Shown one piece after another: positions 1 through 10,259 of a stretch of 64,000 bases of DNA (positions within the stretch are counted from its first letter, which is position 1; every line of letters starts with the position of its first letter). The stretch covers positions 18,411 to 82,410 of the forward strand of contig CAMDOF010000012.1 of NCBI GenBank assembly GCA_945903465.1, written 5' to 3'. The DNA is from Opitutus sp. GAS368 (lineage in GTDB: Bacteria; Verrucomicrobiota; Verrucomicrobiia; Opitutales; Opitutaceae). A program made the position numbers and the translations under genes. The notes under the pieces were generated by a model. That model searched no databases and was not told the DNA's origin. It saw only the letters and a list, made by a program, of their open reading frames with translations.

Positions 1-16
1 CTAATCGCGCCGATGC

Positions 17-2257
17 TTACTTGAAAAGCACCGAGTAGCGCAGAATTACCTGCTGAGGATTGCCCTGCGACGGACCGGTACCGTAGGCGTACTCGATATC
101 GAAGGCGTTCTTGAGCGCGGCACTGACCTGATGAGTCCAGCGCTGGCCGTTCGACATCCATTTATAGCCGGCATTGAAATCGAACCGTGCCCAGCCCGGC
201 ACACGCACGCGATGGCGGCCGCCGGTGGTAGAATCGGAATAGCGGATATTGCTTTGCGCGATTACGTTGGTGCCCACAAAAGCGCCCTGCAGCGCGCCCT
301 GTTTAAAATCATATTTGAGCAAGGTGCCATGGTTCCACTCCGCGACGCTGCGGGGCGGTAGTCCGTTCAGTACCGCGTTGGCGCCCAGGTTCCCGCCGAG
401 GACGGCGTCGACGCGGCTCAGCGCGACGCGCAAGGTGAGTGCACCCCAGAGACGGCCGCCCAAGCTCAGCTCCGCGCCATTGGACTTTGTCGATCCGCTT
501 AGATAAAAAATCGTCGTGTTCGTAAGCGGGTCGGTGCCCTGTTGCACGATGTTGTCGAAAACGAGATTGAAGTAGGTCGCCGTGAAGAAGAGCCGCTTGC
601 CGAGTAGGTCGGTCTTCATGCCGAGGTCGTAGCCGCGGCCTTGCTGGTTCGGAAAAGGCTGTCCGTTCGGGGCGAGGGTGGTCTGCGGTGAAAAAGAAGT
701 ACTATAGCTGCCGTAGAGGGTGGCGGCGGAGGTGAGGTTGTAGTTCAGGCCAGATTGCACGGTGGTGGCGCTGATCTTGCTATCGTTGCCGGTGCGCGCG
801 AAAAGGTCGCGATTGACCTGTTGGACGGAGTCGCGTCGGCCCCCCAGCGAGACGATCCACTTATCGGGCACAAGCGTGATGCGATCATTGATCAAGATTC
901 CCTTGGAGGTGTTGACGCTGTTCTGATCGCGGTAGAGCGCGGTAAAGTCGCTTATCGGCGGGTAAGGATTCGGATCTTGGCCGGCCGCATCGAACTCCTT
1001 GACGTACCCTGCAGAGGGGAAGCCGGCGGCCACCGAGTACTTGGCGGTGCTCAGTCGCGAAGTGGGGCCGAGCTCGCGCTGGTCGCGCACGAAATCAGCC
1101 GTGGTGAGAAGGTCGTGCTGCAGACCAAGTAGTTTGAATTTGCTCAGAAGGTCAGCGTTGATGGCGTGGCCGTTGCGATCCTCCGAGCCAAAGTCGGGCC
1201 GGCGATTCCACACGCGGTTGGTGGTCGAGTCCCACTGGCCGGCACCGCGCAGGGTTTCAAGATGATAGGCGTGCCAGCTGGATGAAACGCGTAGCGTCAT
1301 GGCTTCATTGAGCCGGCTGACGGCGTTAAGGGTCGCCTGTTTGTTTTTAAAGGTCGAGTAGGTGACGCCCCCGGATGTGTTTAAACTGTGCCGGTAGTTC
1401 GGAAAATTCCAAGCGAGCCCCTGATACACGGCGCCGGCCTTGATGACCGCTTCGTCGAGAGCATCGCGCCCGCCGCGATACTCGTCGTTGTAGTCGTATT
1501 GAACGGAAATCTTGGTGTCGCGGGTGATATCCCAGGCCAGCTGGCCGGAGATATTTTTCACGAGATTGCTGCGCAATTCCTCAAAAGCTTTTTCGTGGGA
1601 GGTCGCCACATCGAAGCGGTAGGCGAGCTGGCCCGGCAGGAGCGGACCGGTGGCGCTGAGGCCGACGCGGTAAAAATCCAAGCCGCCGCCCTGGACTTCA
1701 ATCTCATACTCTGGCCGCGGCTTTGCTGTTTTGGAGATGACATTAATAATGCCCCCTGGAAGATTTTTCCCGTAGATGGCGGCTGCGGGACCCTTGAGCA
1801 CCTCGACGCGTTCGACGTTGGATTGGTCGATGCGACCCATGCGAAGAAACCCGTCTTGCAAGAAAAAAGTGCCGCCGGTGACGGCGCCATTCTGAATGCC
1901 ACGGAGGTTGAACTGGCCGTTGTTCTCCGTCGCGCTCACGCCGGGAATAGAGGAGAGCGCCTCTTGCTGATTAAAGGCCTGCACCGAGAAATCTTTCCAG
2001 ATCTCCATGGGCACCACCTCGAGCGTGAACGGCATCGACTTGATATCGACGGCTACGCGCGTGCCGCTGGAGGACTGCAGGGCGTTGTAGCCGTTGTCGG
2101 TGCCCGCTCGTACGGAGAACGCGTCGAGGACGATGGTCGTTTCACCAGTCGCTGGTGCCGCCAAGGCGGCGGACTTGGGTTTTGACTGAGCCGAGGCAAA
2201 TGAGACGACGGACAAGGCCGCGGCGAGGGTCATTAAAGGCAGGGAGCGTGGTGTCAT
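17..2257 (-). CDS. TonB-dependent outer-membrane receptor
   Basis: 746-aa ORF. It has a signal peptide (LAAALSVVSFASAQ) and plug-domain motifs (FNLRGIQ, VERVEVLKGPAAAIYG). A long alternating beta-barrel region ends in RYSVLFK. Confidence 0.9.
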   Translation of the reverse strand: MTPRSLPLMTLAAALSVVSFASAQSKPKSAALAAPATGETTIVLDAFSVRAGTDNGYNALQSSSGTRVAVDIKSMPFTLEVVPMEIWKDFSVQAFNQQEALSSIPGVSATENNGQFNLRGIQNGAVTGGTFFLQDGFLRMGRIDQSNVERVEVLKGPAAAIYGKNLPGGIINVISKTAKPRPEYEIEVQGGGLDFYRVGLSATGPLLPGQLAYRFDVATSHEKAFEELRSNLVKNISGQLAWDITRDTKISVQYDYNDEYRGGRDALDEAVIKAGAVYQGLAWNFPNYRHSLNTSGGVTYSTFKNKQATLNAVSRLNEAMTLRVSSSWHAYHLETLRGAGQWDSTTNRVWNRRPDFGSEDRNGHAINADLLSKFKLLGLQHDLLTTADFVRDQRELGPTSRLSTAKYSVAAGFPSAGYVKEFDAAGQDPNPYPPISDFTALYRDQNSVNTSKGILINDRITLVPDKWIVSLGGRRDSVQQVNRDLFARTGNDSKISATTVQSGLNYNLTSAATLYGSYSTSFSPQTTLAPNGQPFPNQQGRGYDLGMKTDLLGKRLFFTATYFNLVFDNIVQQGTDPLTNTTIFYLSGSTKSNGAELSLGGRLWGALTLRVALSRVDAVLGGNLGANAVLNGLPPRSVAEWNHGTLLKYDFKQGALQGAFVGTNVIAQSNIRYSDSTTGGRHRVRVPGWARFDFNAGYKWMSNGQRWTHQVSAALKNAFDIEYAYGTGPSQGNPQQVILRYSVLFK

Positions 2258-2482
2258 GGGAGTTGAGGAGATGGGTTTGCGGTGGGCGTTGCCGCGGTCT
2301 CGGGTGGAGTTTGTCTGGCTCGAGCCGAGTCCGAAGCTGAACGCTGGAGGTTTTCCGTGTGAGCCTATAGGTTGCGGTCCGTGCTGTCTTTGGCTCGCTC
2401 CGTGATCTTTTTGTCTAAACGTGAAGCGGACGCATGATCCTTTAAATGGTGGAGAGAGCCGTAATTTTTATTTTCCTGCCCA

Positions 2483-3406
2483 ATGACTCTACTGACGCGA
2501 GATGTTGAACCCCTTTGGATCGCGCGTTATGATTACGAGCCGAACTGGCGACTCCCGCCGCACGCGCACGAGGACTATTATCAACTTATTTTCTGCGTGA
2601 GCGGGACCGGAGAGGCGCTACTGGGATCGGAGCGGATTTCGTTTCACGCCGGCCATCTTTTTTTCATCAGGCCGCGCCTGCTTCACGGGCTGACTGCGGG
2701 CAAGGGCGCGACGGTGCGGACGCTCGACACCAAGTTCCGGATCCAAGTCCCGGCGCTGCGACGCGCCCTGCGCTCGTTCGCTTCGTTTCAGCGGACGGTT
2801 GATCCGGCGGTGGTCGTGCTGCTTGAGGCCATCCTCGTGGAAGCGCGGGCCCAAGGGGCGCTCACGAATGAATTCTGCCAAACTCTGCTGACGCAGCTGT
2901 TGTTGTGTCTGCTCAGGCACGAACCGATGGCGCCCCGCGGGCACGCGCCGAGCGTATTGCCGGCGCCGGCTGAGTCGGATCTGAGTGGACGAATCGAGCA
3001 GTTCCTCCGCGGAAATTCTGCCGGTAAAATTGACCAACAGGTACTGAGTGCCGCGCTCCACTATAGTTATCGGCACCTGCACGCGGTGTGGCAGAAACGT
3101 CACGGTGAATCGCCGTTGCGGTCTCTTTGGAGTTATCGGGTGGAGCGGGCCAGTCATTTTATCCGTTACTCCGATTATGAATTAAAGCGTATTGCTGAGC
3201 TGACGGGGTTTGCCTCGGTGCACCATTTCACCCGGGTGTTTTCTCGTCTTGCCGGTATTTCGCCTGCGCGGTGGCGTGAGCGTGAACGCCGTGGTGTGCG
3301 GCAAGACATCGTTATTCGGCCGGGTTTTATTAACCGCGGAATTACGATTCAGACGCAAAAGACAGTATCTTGGTCAGGGAAAGCAAAGCGTGGCGCCGGC
3401 GGCTAA
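2483..3406 (+). CDS. AraC-family transcriptional regulator (cupin sensor + AraC HTH)
   Basis: 307-aa ORF. The N-terminus is cupin-like (PPHAHEDYYQLIFCVSG). The C-terminus has a dual HTH (IAELTGFASVHHFTRVFSRLAGISPARWRE). It is divergent from the TonB receptor gene. Confidence 0.9.
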   Translation: MTLLTRDVEPLWIARYDYEPNWRLPPHAHEDYYQLIFCVSGTGEALLGSERISFHAGHLFFIRPRLLHGLTAGKGATVRTLDTKFRIQVPALRRALRSFASFQRTVDPAVVVLLEAILVEARAQGALTNEFCQTLLTQLLLCLLRHEPMAPRGHAPSVLPAPAESDLSGRIEQFLRGNSAGKIDQQVLSAALHYSYRHLHAVWQKRHGESPLRSLWSYRVERASHFIRYSDYELKRIAELTGFASVHHFTRVFSRLAGISPARWRERERRGVRQDIVIRPGFINRGITIQTQKTVSWSGKAKRGAGG

Positions 3407-3680
3407 CCTGGATTTAAGGCAAATGCGAAGCGTCGGGGGCGCTTAGCCGATGACCGGAGTTGTTGCGAAATAGCCGGCTGTTTAGAAATAAAAACTTCCC
3501 AAGAAATGATTCCAGACGCCTTGATTTTCTAAGTCTGCCGGCCGCTTGCGCCGCGAGAATATCCATCGATTTTCGTTGGCATACTCTCTCCTGCGCACCG
3601 CGCCAACGACGGGCGTCGTCACGTGGGCCTCGGCCGGTCTGCCAGCCGTCGATCGGAGTATTGGCGATGAGCGAACCCGA

Positions 3681-4481
3681 TCATTTTTGTGGGCCGCGCA
3701 GATGCTGATCGAACCATGCCACAAATTGTGCGCGGTCGGTCGCCATCTCGGACCAATTGTGGTCCTTGCCTTCGCGCATGACCAATTTGTAGGGCGCGTT
3801 GACGGACTGGCACTTCTCTTCGAAGATCCTCGCCTGATAGGGAAAAACGAGTTTGTCCGCATCGCCGTGCAGGACGAGCGTCGGGACCATGCGGGCGCTC
3901 ACGAAATAAATCGGGGAGACCTCGCGGCTGAGTTGCTCGCGGCCCTCGCGCGTCGCGATGCGCGCGTCCCACGCTCCCTTGAAACGCGTACCGATTTCGC
4001 CGATCCCAAGCTGTTCATCGCCCGGCCCGCTCCAGTTCATGAAATCAGTCGGCGGGCAAAAGCACGCGACGGCCTGTACCGCGCTGCTCTCGCGATCGAT
4101 GGGGTCTTTGGCGTCGGCCTTGCCCGGCCCGCCGGTGAGTCCGAGCATGAGCGAAAGATGGCCGCCGGAGCTCGTGCCGGTGACGCCGATTTTTTGGGGA
4201 TCAACGCCGAAGCGCGCGGCGTGGTGCCGGATGAAACGCACCGCACGATGAATATCCTCCAGAATTTCGACGACGTGAAATTTCGGCTGCGAGCCGTGCA
4301 CGACTGCGAACACCGTGTAGCCGCCCGCGAGGAACAGGTCGTAATTCTTCGCGTTGACGCTGCTGTGGTTCGAATTGAACCCACCACTCACCATAAACAG
4401 CACTGCTGCGCCGTTGGGTTTTTCGGGTCGAAAGATATCGAGGGTGAGCGGCCGTGCCAAATTTCCGGCCATAGACGACAT
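3681..4481 (-). CDS. alpha/beta hydrolase (esterase/lipase-like); the signal peptide appears to be separated by a frameshift
   Basis: 266-aa ORF with a GxSxG nucleophile elbow (GTSSGGHLS) and the LFMVSGGF oxyanion region. A signal-peptide-encoding segment (MKKHLLFVLLGFYVGITSLLAAES...EDVVYGRKFG) lies upstream at 4578-~4455 in another frame. Confidence 0.75.
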   Translation of the reverse strand: MSSMAGNLARPLTLDIFRPEKPNGAAVLFMVSGGFNSNHSSVNAKNYDLFLAGGYTVFAVVHGSQPKFHVVEILEDIHRAVRFIRHHAARFGVDPQKIGVTGTSSGGHLSLMLGLTGGPGKADAKDPIDRESSAVQAVACFCPPTDFMNWSGPGDEQLGIGEIGTRFKGAWDARIATREGREQLSREVSPIYFVSARMVPTLVLHGDADKLVFPYQARIFEEKCQSVNAPYKLVMREGKDHNWSEMATDRAQFVAWFDQHLRGPQK

Positions 4482-5575
4482 CCTCGGTGTGGTTGGAACT
4501 TACCGCGGATTCAGCGGCGAGGAGTGAAGTTATGCCGACATAAAATCCCAGCAGTACGAAGAGAAGGTGTTTTTTCAAAGGAATGGACAAGGGAGATGGC
4601 TGTCTAGTCAGAGTGCTCTTCGAAGAAGAAGCCACCCTTAGGTCACGGCTCAGAAAGAGGTGCTAGCTCTTTGGCCGCTCAGCGTAAAGCGCTTTTCGTG
4701 AACGCCTGACGGAGCGTGGGATTCTCAGGGCGGGCGGGCTCGAAGGATTTAAAGTATTTGATAATCGAATACAAAATATACGCCCGCATATGTCCGGTGC
4801 CGGTCGGAGCGCCGGGCGCGCCACGTTGGGCCTTTCGCTGCCGGAACCAGTTGCCCAGCAGTGGCGCGACCGTTTTGCGATGGGGGTTGATCAGCCGTGC
4901 GATTGAGAGCGGGTTGGCGACCGCTCGGGTGGCACGCCGATGTTACCACCGACGGTCTTGCGCTTGTTCGGGCGTAACCCCAGCCATGAGACGAAGTTTT
5001 CGGCCATTCCGAGGGGGAGCGTAACATTGAGGTTAGCGCCAACGGCGTCTACAGCGAGAATCTCACCCATTCTATGCGCAAGCTCGCGGGCGTCGACACG
5101 CTCGGGCAGACGCCGCGTCTCACCCTCGGCGACCATCGCAACGCGGCATCCAAGACCGGCTCTCACGCAATGGCAGCCTCCGCGCTGATTTTCGAATCGG
5201 CGCCGACGCGCGGTTTTATTCAGCACCTTGTGCAATCCTCAAACCGAGACCACCTCTCGACCCGATCGTTATCCGGTCGCGGAAAACGCGAACCTGGCCT
5301 CCGCCGGCCGTGAGTTCGCCACCGGTGTCAACCTCACCGGCGGCCCGTCCGGTGGCGGCGGGAGTCTCGGCCGTTTCCTCACCGACACTGCCGCCGCCCA
5401 CCTCCGCGAAAACGACCACTGGTTCGGGCCGTACGTGCAGTAGACTTACGTCGGCGACACGTCGGATGGGTTCAATGTCTTGCCGCGGCGGCTGTCCTCC
5501 CGGCTCGTGCCACGGTTTGTAAACGCGGCCAGCGAGGCTCCCCGGGTGCGCGGAGTGACGAGGTGGCCCCGACGC

Positions 5576-8285
5576 TCAAAAGGAGAGAGACCTCGTCAGG
5601 CTGAACGATCGGGGTGCCTCGTAGCGGGTCTGCGCGAGCCCGAGTTCTTCGTAGCGCTGGCGGTCGAGAAGATTGCGGACGTTGAGCTGAAATCGGCCCC
5701 GCAGCTTGGGGCTAGATCGGAAGCTGGAGGCGGCCATCGCCTCGTATGCGGTGATCACCGAGCCCAAAATCGGCGCGACCACGTGATTCACCATCTGGCT
5801 GTTGAGCGCGGCGGGGCTTCGGTAATTCATGCCACCGCCAAAGGTGAATCCCTTGAGCGGGCCATCGCGGAAATTGTACCGGGTAAAGAGATTGACGGTG
5901 TTGCGATTTGAGCGGTTGCGAACGAGGCCCGGCGTCCAGCAGGAAATCGCGGACACCCGCGATCTCCGCGTTGATCGATGCGGCGACGAGTGGGTGGGAG
6001 TTGGTAATGCGCTCGCATTCCGGCAGATTGGCATACCCATAGCGCAGGGTGCCCACGTCAGTCTCGCCGACGCGGTTGATGTTGTTGCCGTATCCGGCGG
6101 TCAAGGACCACGTCGGGGTCAGATTGGCGAACCGTTCGATTTCATAACCGGTGGCGTGGAGGGTCTGGCTTTCGTTGGTCCCGCCGTTGAGGACTTTGTT
6201 TGCGTAGGTCGCGTTGATGCCGTTGAGGACGGGATCGGTCGAAATGCCATTAATGACCGTGGGTACGGCGGCGACGCTATGGTTCTGGCCGCTCTGCGTG
6301 ATGTCGTAGGCGCTGGTGGTGAGACAAAACGGCCATCGAGCAGCTTGGGCCGGAGGCCCGCTTCTTTGCCCTCGCCCTTGCGGATCGTCACGGAGTCGCC
6401 GAGCGGTATGGTCGCGGTGGTGCCAGGTGCGCGAAAGGTCTGCGCGAAGTTACCAAAAAAAGTAAGCGGGGCGATCGGGCGCAATGTGCCGCCGATGGTG
6501 GGCGAGTATTTTTGCACCTGGTTGACGTTGCGGCGCGGATTAGTGACGTCGTTCAGGCCAGAATTGGCGTGGCGCACGCCGGACTGGATGTCGTTGCTGG
6601 CTGCGTCGCGGCGGAGGCCGAGGTTGGTCCGGAGCACGCCGTCCCAATAGGTGGCGGTAGCGGAGATTCCCTCGCAGGTGGATTCGCTCCACAGCCGACG
6701 CTTACCACCGGTGGGCATGACCGCCGCGGTGATGCCGCGGGTGCCGGCGTTGGCCGGCACCCCGAGCCCCCTATTTTTCGTGTTGTCGCCGGCCATGAAG
6801 AAGATCCGGCGATGGATGGTGTTTTGGGCGGCGTTGAAATTGGCGCTGCTCGGATCGTTGGTGCGGACGAGATTTGCGACCGCCGAATGGTTACGGCCGA
6901 TCGTGGTGCCGGCGGTCGCGTAGAGCCGCGGCACCATCCAACGCACCGGCTTCCATTCCGGCATCGCGTCGAAGCGGCCGTCGTAAATCAAGTCGTGGTT
7001 GCGCGGGTCGCTCCAAGTGAGTTCGACGTAGTGTCCGCCCAAATACGGGTTGGCGGAGCCGTCGGGGCGGGTGGGGTTGGGATCGCGGCGGACCACGGCG
7101 TTGGCGGGCCGGCGGAGTTTTTCCGTGACGTTTTGAGCGTCAAAGGATGCGAGTACCGTGAACGAGCGGCCGAACCGGTGTTCGATGGCGTCGCCAAAGG
7201 TGTGAAAATCGGTGACCTGGCTTTTGTCCGGTCCGGTGAACTGCGATCCGCGCGGGATGAGGGTGGGGTTTTAAACCGGGCGCGCCGGGCTCTGGATCGA
7301 GCCGTTAGTCTGCCCGAAGCCGCGCCAGTTTTGATAACGTCCGGTCAGGTTGTCCCAGACGAGATAGTCCACGCCCGTGGCCGAGCTGAGCCGGGCAGTG
7401 CCGGCGGAGCCGCTGGCGGCGTTGAAGACAAAGGGCGTCGTGCCGTTCCAGGTGGAATAGCTGTCGGTCGGCAGAGACACCGCCGGCACTCGCTGAAATT
7501 TGCCGATCTCAACGTCGGTCCGCAGCGTCGTGTACTTCCCAATGTGATACGCGAGCGCGAGATGGATGGCGCGGCGTTCGCTGCCCACCCCATTTTCCAA
7601 CTCCGGCGGACATCGTCGACCAGATTTAGCCGCACCGCCCAGACAGGCGAGAGGCGGCGGTTCACGTCAAGGCTCCCGCGATACTGGTCCGAGGAACCGG
7701 CCTGAAACGCGACTTCGTTTCGGTGGGTGAACTGGGCGCGCTGGGTATTGAAGTTGGCCACGCCGCCCGGCTCCGAATTGCCGAAGAGGAGTGCATTGGG
7801 CTCTTTGGCGATGTCGATCCGCTCGATGTTGTCGGCGTCGGTTGGCGCCTGCCACGCGAAGAGATTGCGCGTCTGGTATCGGGAGCAAAAGCCGCGGCAT
7901 TGAAACGCCTGCCGGTCGTTGTCATCGGTCGGGCATGCCGCGGCCCGGTCGAGAAACGCGCCGCCTCCAGCAGATCGGTCGCATCGATGTTGCGCAGAAA
8001 TTCCGCCGTGAGCACGGAGATCGGCATCGGCACATTCTTGAGATCCTTACCGGTGCGGAAACCAGCGATGGAAGGAAGGGTGAGGTAGCCGATATCCTGA
8101 TCGGAGGAAACTTCGAATACCGACATCTGCACGGTTTCGGCCGGAATTCAGGTGGTGGTCGCGGCTCTGGTCGGTTTCCCCGTCGGCGCAGTCTGCGCGT
8201 CGACGAGCGACCCCAACTCGCCGGAGAACAGGACGAGGATGGCCACAAGATTGCAGTGGAGTCTAAAATGATTCGTTTTTTTCAC
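5576..8285 (-). pseudogene. TonB-dependent receptor pseudogene (in-frame TGA plus multiple frameshifts)
   Basis: Receptor pieces are spread over at least five ORF fragments in different frames. The signal peptide (8285-8151, VKKTNHFRLHCNLVAILVLFSG) ends at an in-frame TGA at 8148-8150. The plug starts with QMSVFEVSSDQDIGY...LTAEFLRNIDATDLLEAARFSTG (8132-). Next come GGVANFNTQRAQF...YRGSLDVNRRL (7345-7761) and barrel pieces (6119-7096). The C-terminal strand is ...YEAPRSFSLTRSLSF (5576-6040). Confidence 0.8.
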
Positions 8286-8577
8286 GGGATTCTCGATGCA
8301 GAAAGAAATCTGCGAGTAACGTGCCGAAAAAACGACGCGACCGCCTGTCTGACAAGTTTGGCGGATGGAAGGAGGGGCGATGGCAGAGCGGCGACTTCCC
8401 TGTTTCCAGCGGAGCGCTTTCTGGAAGCGCCTTAACGCAAAGAGTCTGTCGGACGGGGACGCTTGAAGGCGTCTCTGTCTCAATATTCGAGTTTTTATGA
8501 ACTCAAAATCCCACGACTTGATCGTGGTGGTGAGCGTCGCGCTGGCGGAAGCTCCGTGGTCGTAGCTATGGCGCGTG

Positions 8578-8856
8578 CTAAGATTTTCGGTCTTCGCCAA
8601 AAGTGCCATTGACCAAGGCAAAAAGTGCGGTGCCTCCCGACACGACCAGAAACGAGGCAACCAGGCGCCAGAGCGAGTCTTTCTTGGCAAAGTCCCAGAT
8701 CGCCAGGATACAGACGATGACACTTGCGAAAATGCAGACCGAAATAATGTAAAAGGATATCGCCCGAACGATCTCGGGAGGAAAAAATCCCTTCGCGGGC
8801 TTACTTTGGCGGATTGGGCTGGTGGCTTGAGGGAGCGGTGGAATGAGATCGTTCAT
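8578..8856 (-). CDS. small two-TM membrane protein (hypothetical)
   Basis: The ATG at 8856 gives 92 aa (MNDLIPPLPQ...) with two hydrophobic helices (ISFYIISVCIFASVIVCILAIW and LVASFLVVSGGTALFALV). The longer upstream part of the 234-aa ORF is not protein-like. Confidence 0.5.
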   Translation of the reverse strand: MNDLIPPLPQATSPIRQSKPAKGFFPPEIVRAISFYIISVCIFASVIVCILAIWDFAKKDSLWRLVASFLVVSGGTALFALVNGTFGEDRKS

Positions 8857-9314
8857 AAATTTCAGGTAGCAATTGTGAGCCGACCGCGTGTTGATTTTTC
8901 GCGCAAACGCGGACGCGGTGGTGTTACCCGATATTAAAGTGATATTCCATAATTTTTTGCGTTGAGTGGGGGTCGGCGGCCGTTGCTCGCGGCAATGGGG
9001 CTCGCAACTCTCGCGCCTGATTTCGGTATGGATCGGCGCGGGCGGACCAAGCAAGAGTGAGCGACCCCGCGGTTGGAAGTGGCCGCTCGTTTCGGACGAA
9101 GCGAGCGGTGAGGCTTGGGCCGCGGTCCTTGTTTTGCTTCTCCCGCTGCGCCCGGCCTCGCTTGATCTCGCGCCACCCGCAGTCTGCATTGAATCCGCAC
9201 TCCTGCCGAGGGGTGCAGAACGATCTTTTCGATCGGCGACATCCTTTTCGATCGGCGCTTGCCGGCGTGCGCTCGGTTTCATTGAGTGTTTTTCTCGAAT
9301 CTAAATTTTAACGT

Positions 9315-10259
9315 ATGAACCGCCGCGATTTCCTCCTCGCCGCGACGGCGACCGCCGCACTTACCCCGCGCTTACGGTCCGCCTCCGTCGCTCCTGCCCC
9401 GATCCCCGTCATCGATACGCACACGCATTTTTACGACCCCGCTCGGCCTGAGGGGGTCCCTTGGCCCTCGAAGTCCGATCCGTTGCTCTACCGGACGGTG
9501 CTCCCGCCGGAATTCCGCGCGCTGACGGCCACGTTCAACGTTGTCGGCACCGTCATCGTCGAGGCCAGCGAATGGCTTGAGGATAATCAATGGATCCTCG
9601 ACCTCGCGAAAGCTGATCCGCTCATCGTTGGCTTCGTCGGCCATTTAAAACCGGGCCAGCCGGGCTTTGCCGAAAATCTTCGTCGCTTTGCCGCCAATCC
9701 GCTTTTTCGCGGCATGCGAATCCGTTTATCCGATTTAAAAAATGTGGGTGATGCGACTTTCGACTCCGATCTGCGGCGCGTGGCCGATGCCGGTCTCACA
9801 ATCGACACGTTGGGTGGCGCCAGCTCGTTGGCCCCGACGCTCGCGTTGGCGAAGAGGTTTCCCTCCTTGCGCATCGTCATCGATCACCTCCCGTTCAGGG
9901 ATTGGGACGGTCAGCTCGCCGCCCTGCGGGTCGCCCTCGCGCCTCTCGCCGCCCAGGCTAATATCTTCGCAAAAATTTCCGATGTGGTCCGGCGGCTGGA
10001 TATAAAAGTCATCGATGATCCTGCTTTTTATCGCCCAGGGCTGGATGCCTTGCTTGATCTGTTCGGTCCAAAACGTGTCTTCTATGGCAGCAACTGGCCC
10101 GTGAGCAACAAGGCCGCGCCTTACGCCTCAGTCCATCACGTGGTGGCTAATTATTTCTCGGTGCAACCGCGGGCGGTGGCGGAAGGCTATTTTTGGCGAA
10201 ATTCCCACGCCGCCTACCGCTGGCTTTCGCGTGGCGCAGCGGCTTCGCTGGTCCCATGA
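9315..10259 (+). CDS. Tat-signal amidohydrolase-family metal-dependent hydrolase (TIM barrel)
   Basis: 314 aa. It has a twin-arginine signal (MNRRDFLLAATATAALTP) and the IDTHTHFYDP metal-binding start typical of amidohydrolase-2 proteins. Confidence 0.8.
   Translation: MNRRDFLLAATATAALTPRLRSASVAPAPIPVIDTHTHFYDPARPEGVPWPSKSDPLLYRTVLPPEFRALTATFNVVGTVIVEASEWLEDNQWILDLAKADPLIVGFVGHLKPGQPGFAENLRRFAANPLFRGMRIRLSDLKNVGDATFDSDLRRVADAGLTIDTLGGASSLAPTLALAKRFPSLRIVIDHLPFRDWDGQLAALRVALAPLAAQANIFAKISDVVRRLDIKVIDDPAFYRPGLDALLDLFGPKRVFYGSNWPVSNKAAPYASVHHVVANYFSVQPRAVAEGYFWRNSHAAYRWLSRGAAASLVP

Noticed and set aside
8148-8150. The in-frame TGA between the signal peptide and plug of the TonB receptor might be selenocysteine or programmed read-through.
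   Set aside because: The same gene has several further frameshifts downstream. I saw no SECIS-like hairpin right after the TGA, and a Sec at that linker position has no functional rationale. A nonsense mutation in a pseudogene is the simpler reading.
10193-10255. N-terminal extensions offered by the ORF track. Examples are 10193 for the Kelch fusion, 17402 for hemB, 21629 for the regulator, 23296 for the small protein, 31644 for tsaE, 47422 for DUF1080, 47846 for TPM, 51652 for Gfo/Idh/MocA and 53413 for the symporter.
   Set aside because: The extended residues are not protein-like and overlap upstream genes or promoters. Internal ATGs give canonical N-termini or signal peptides.
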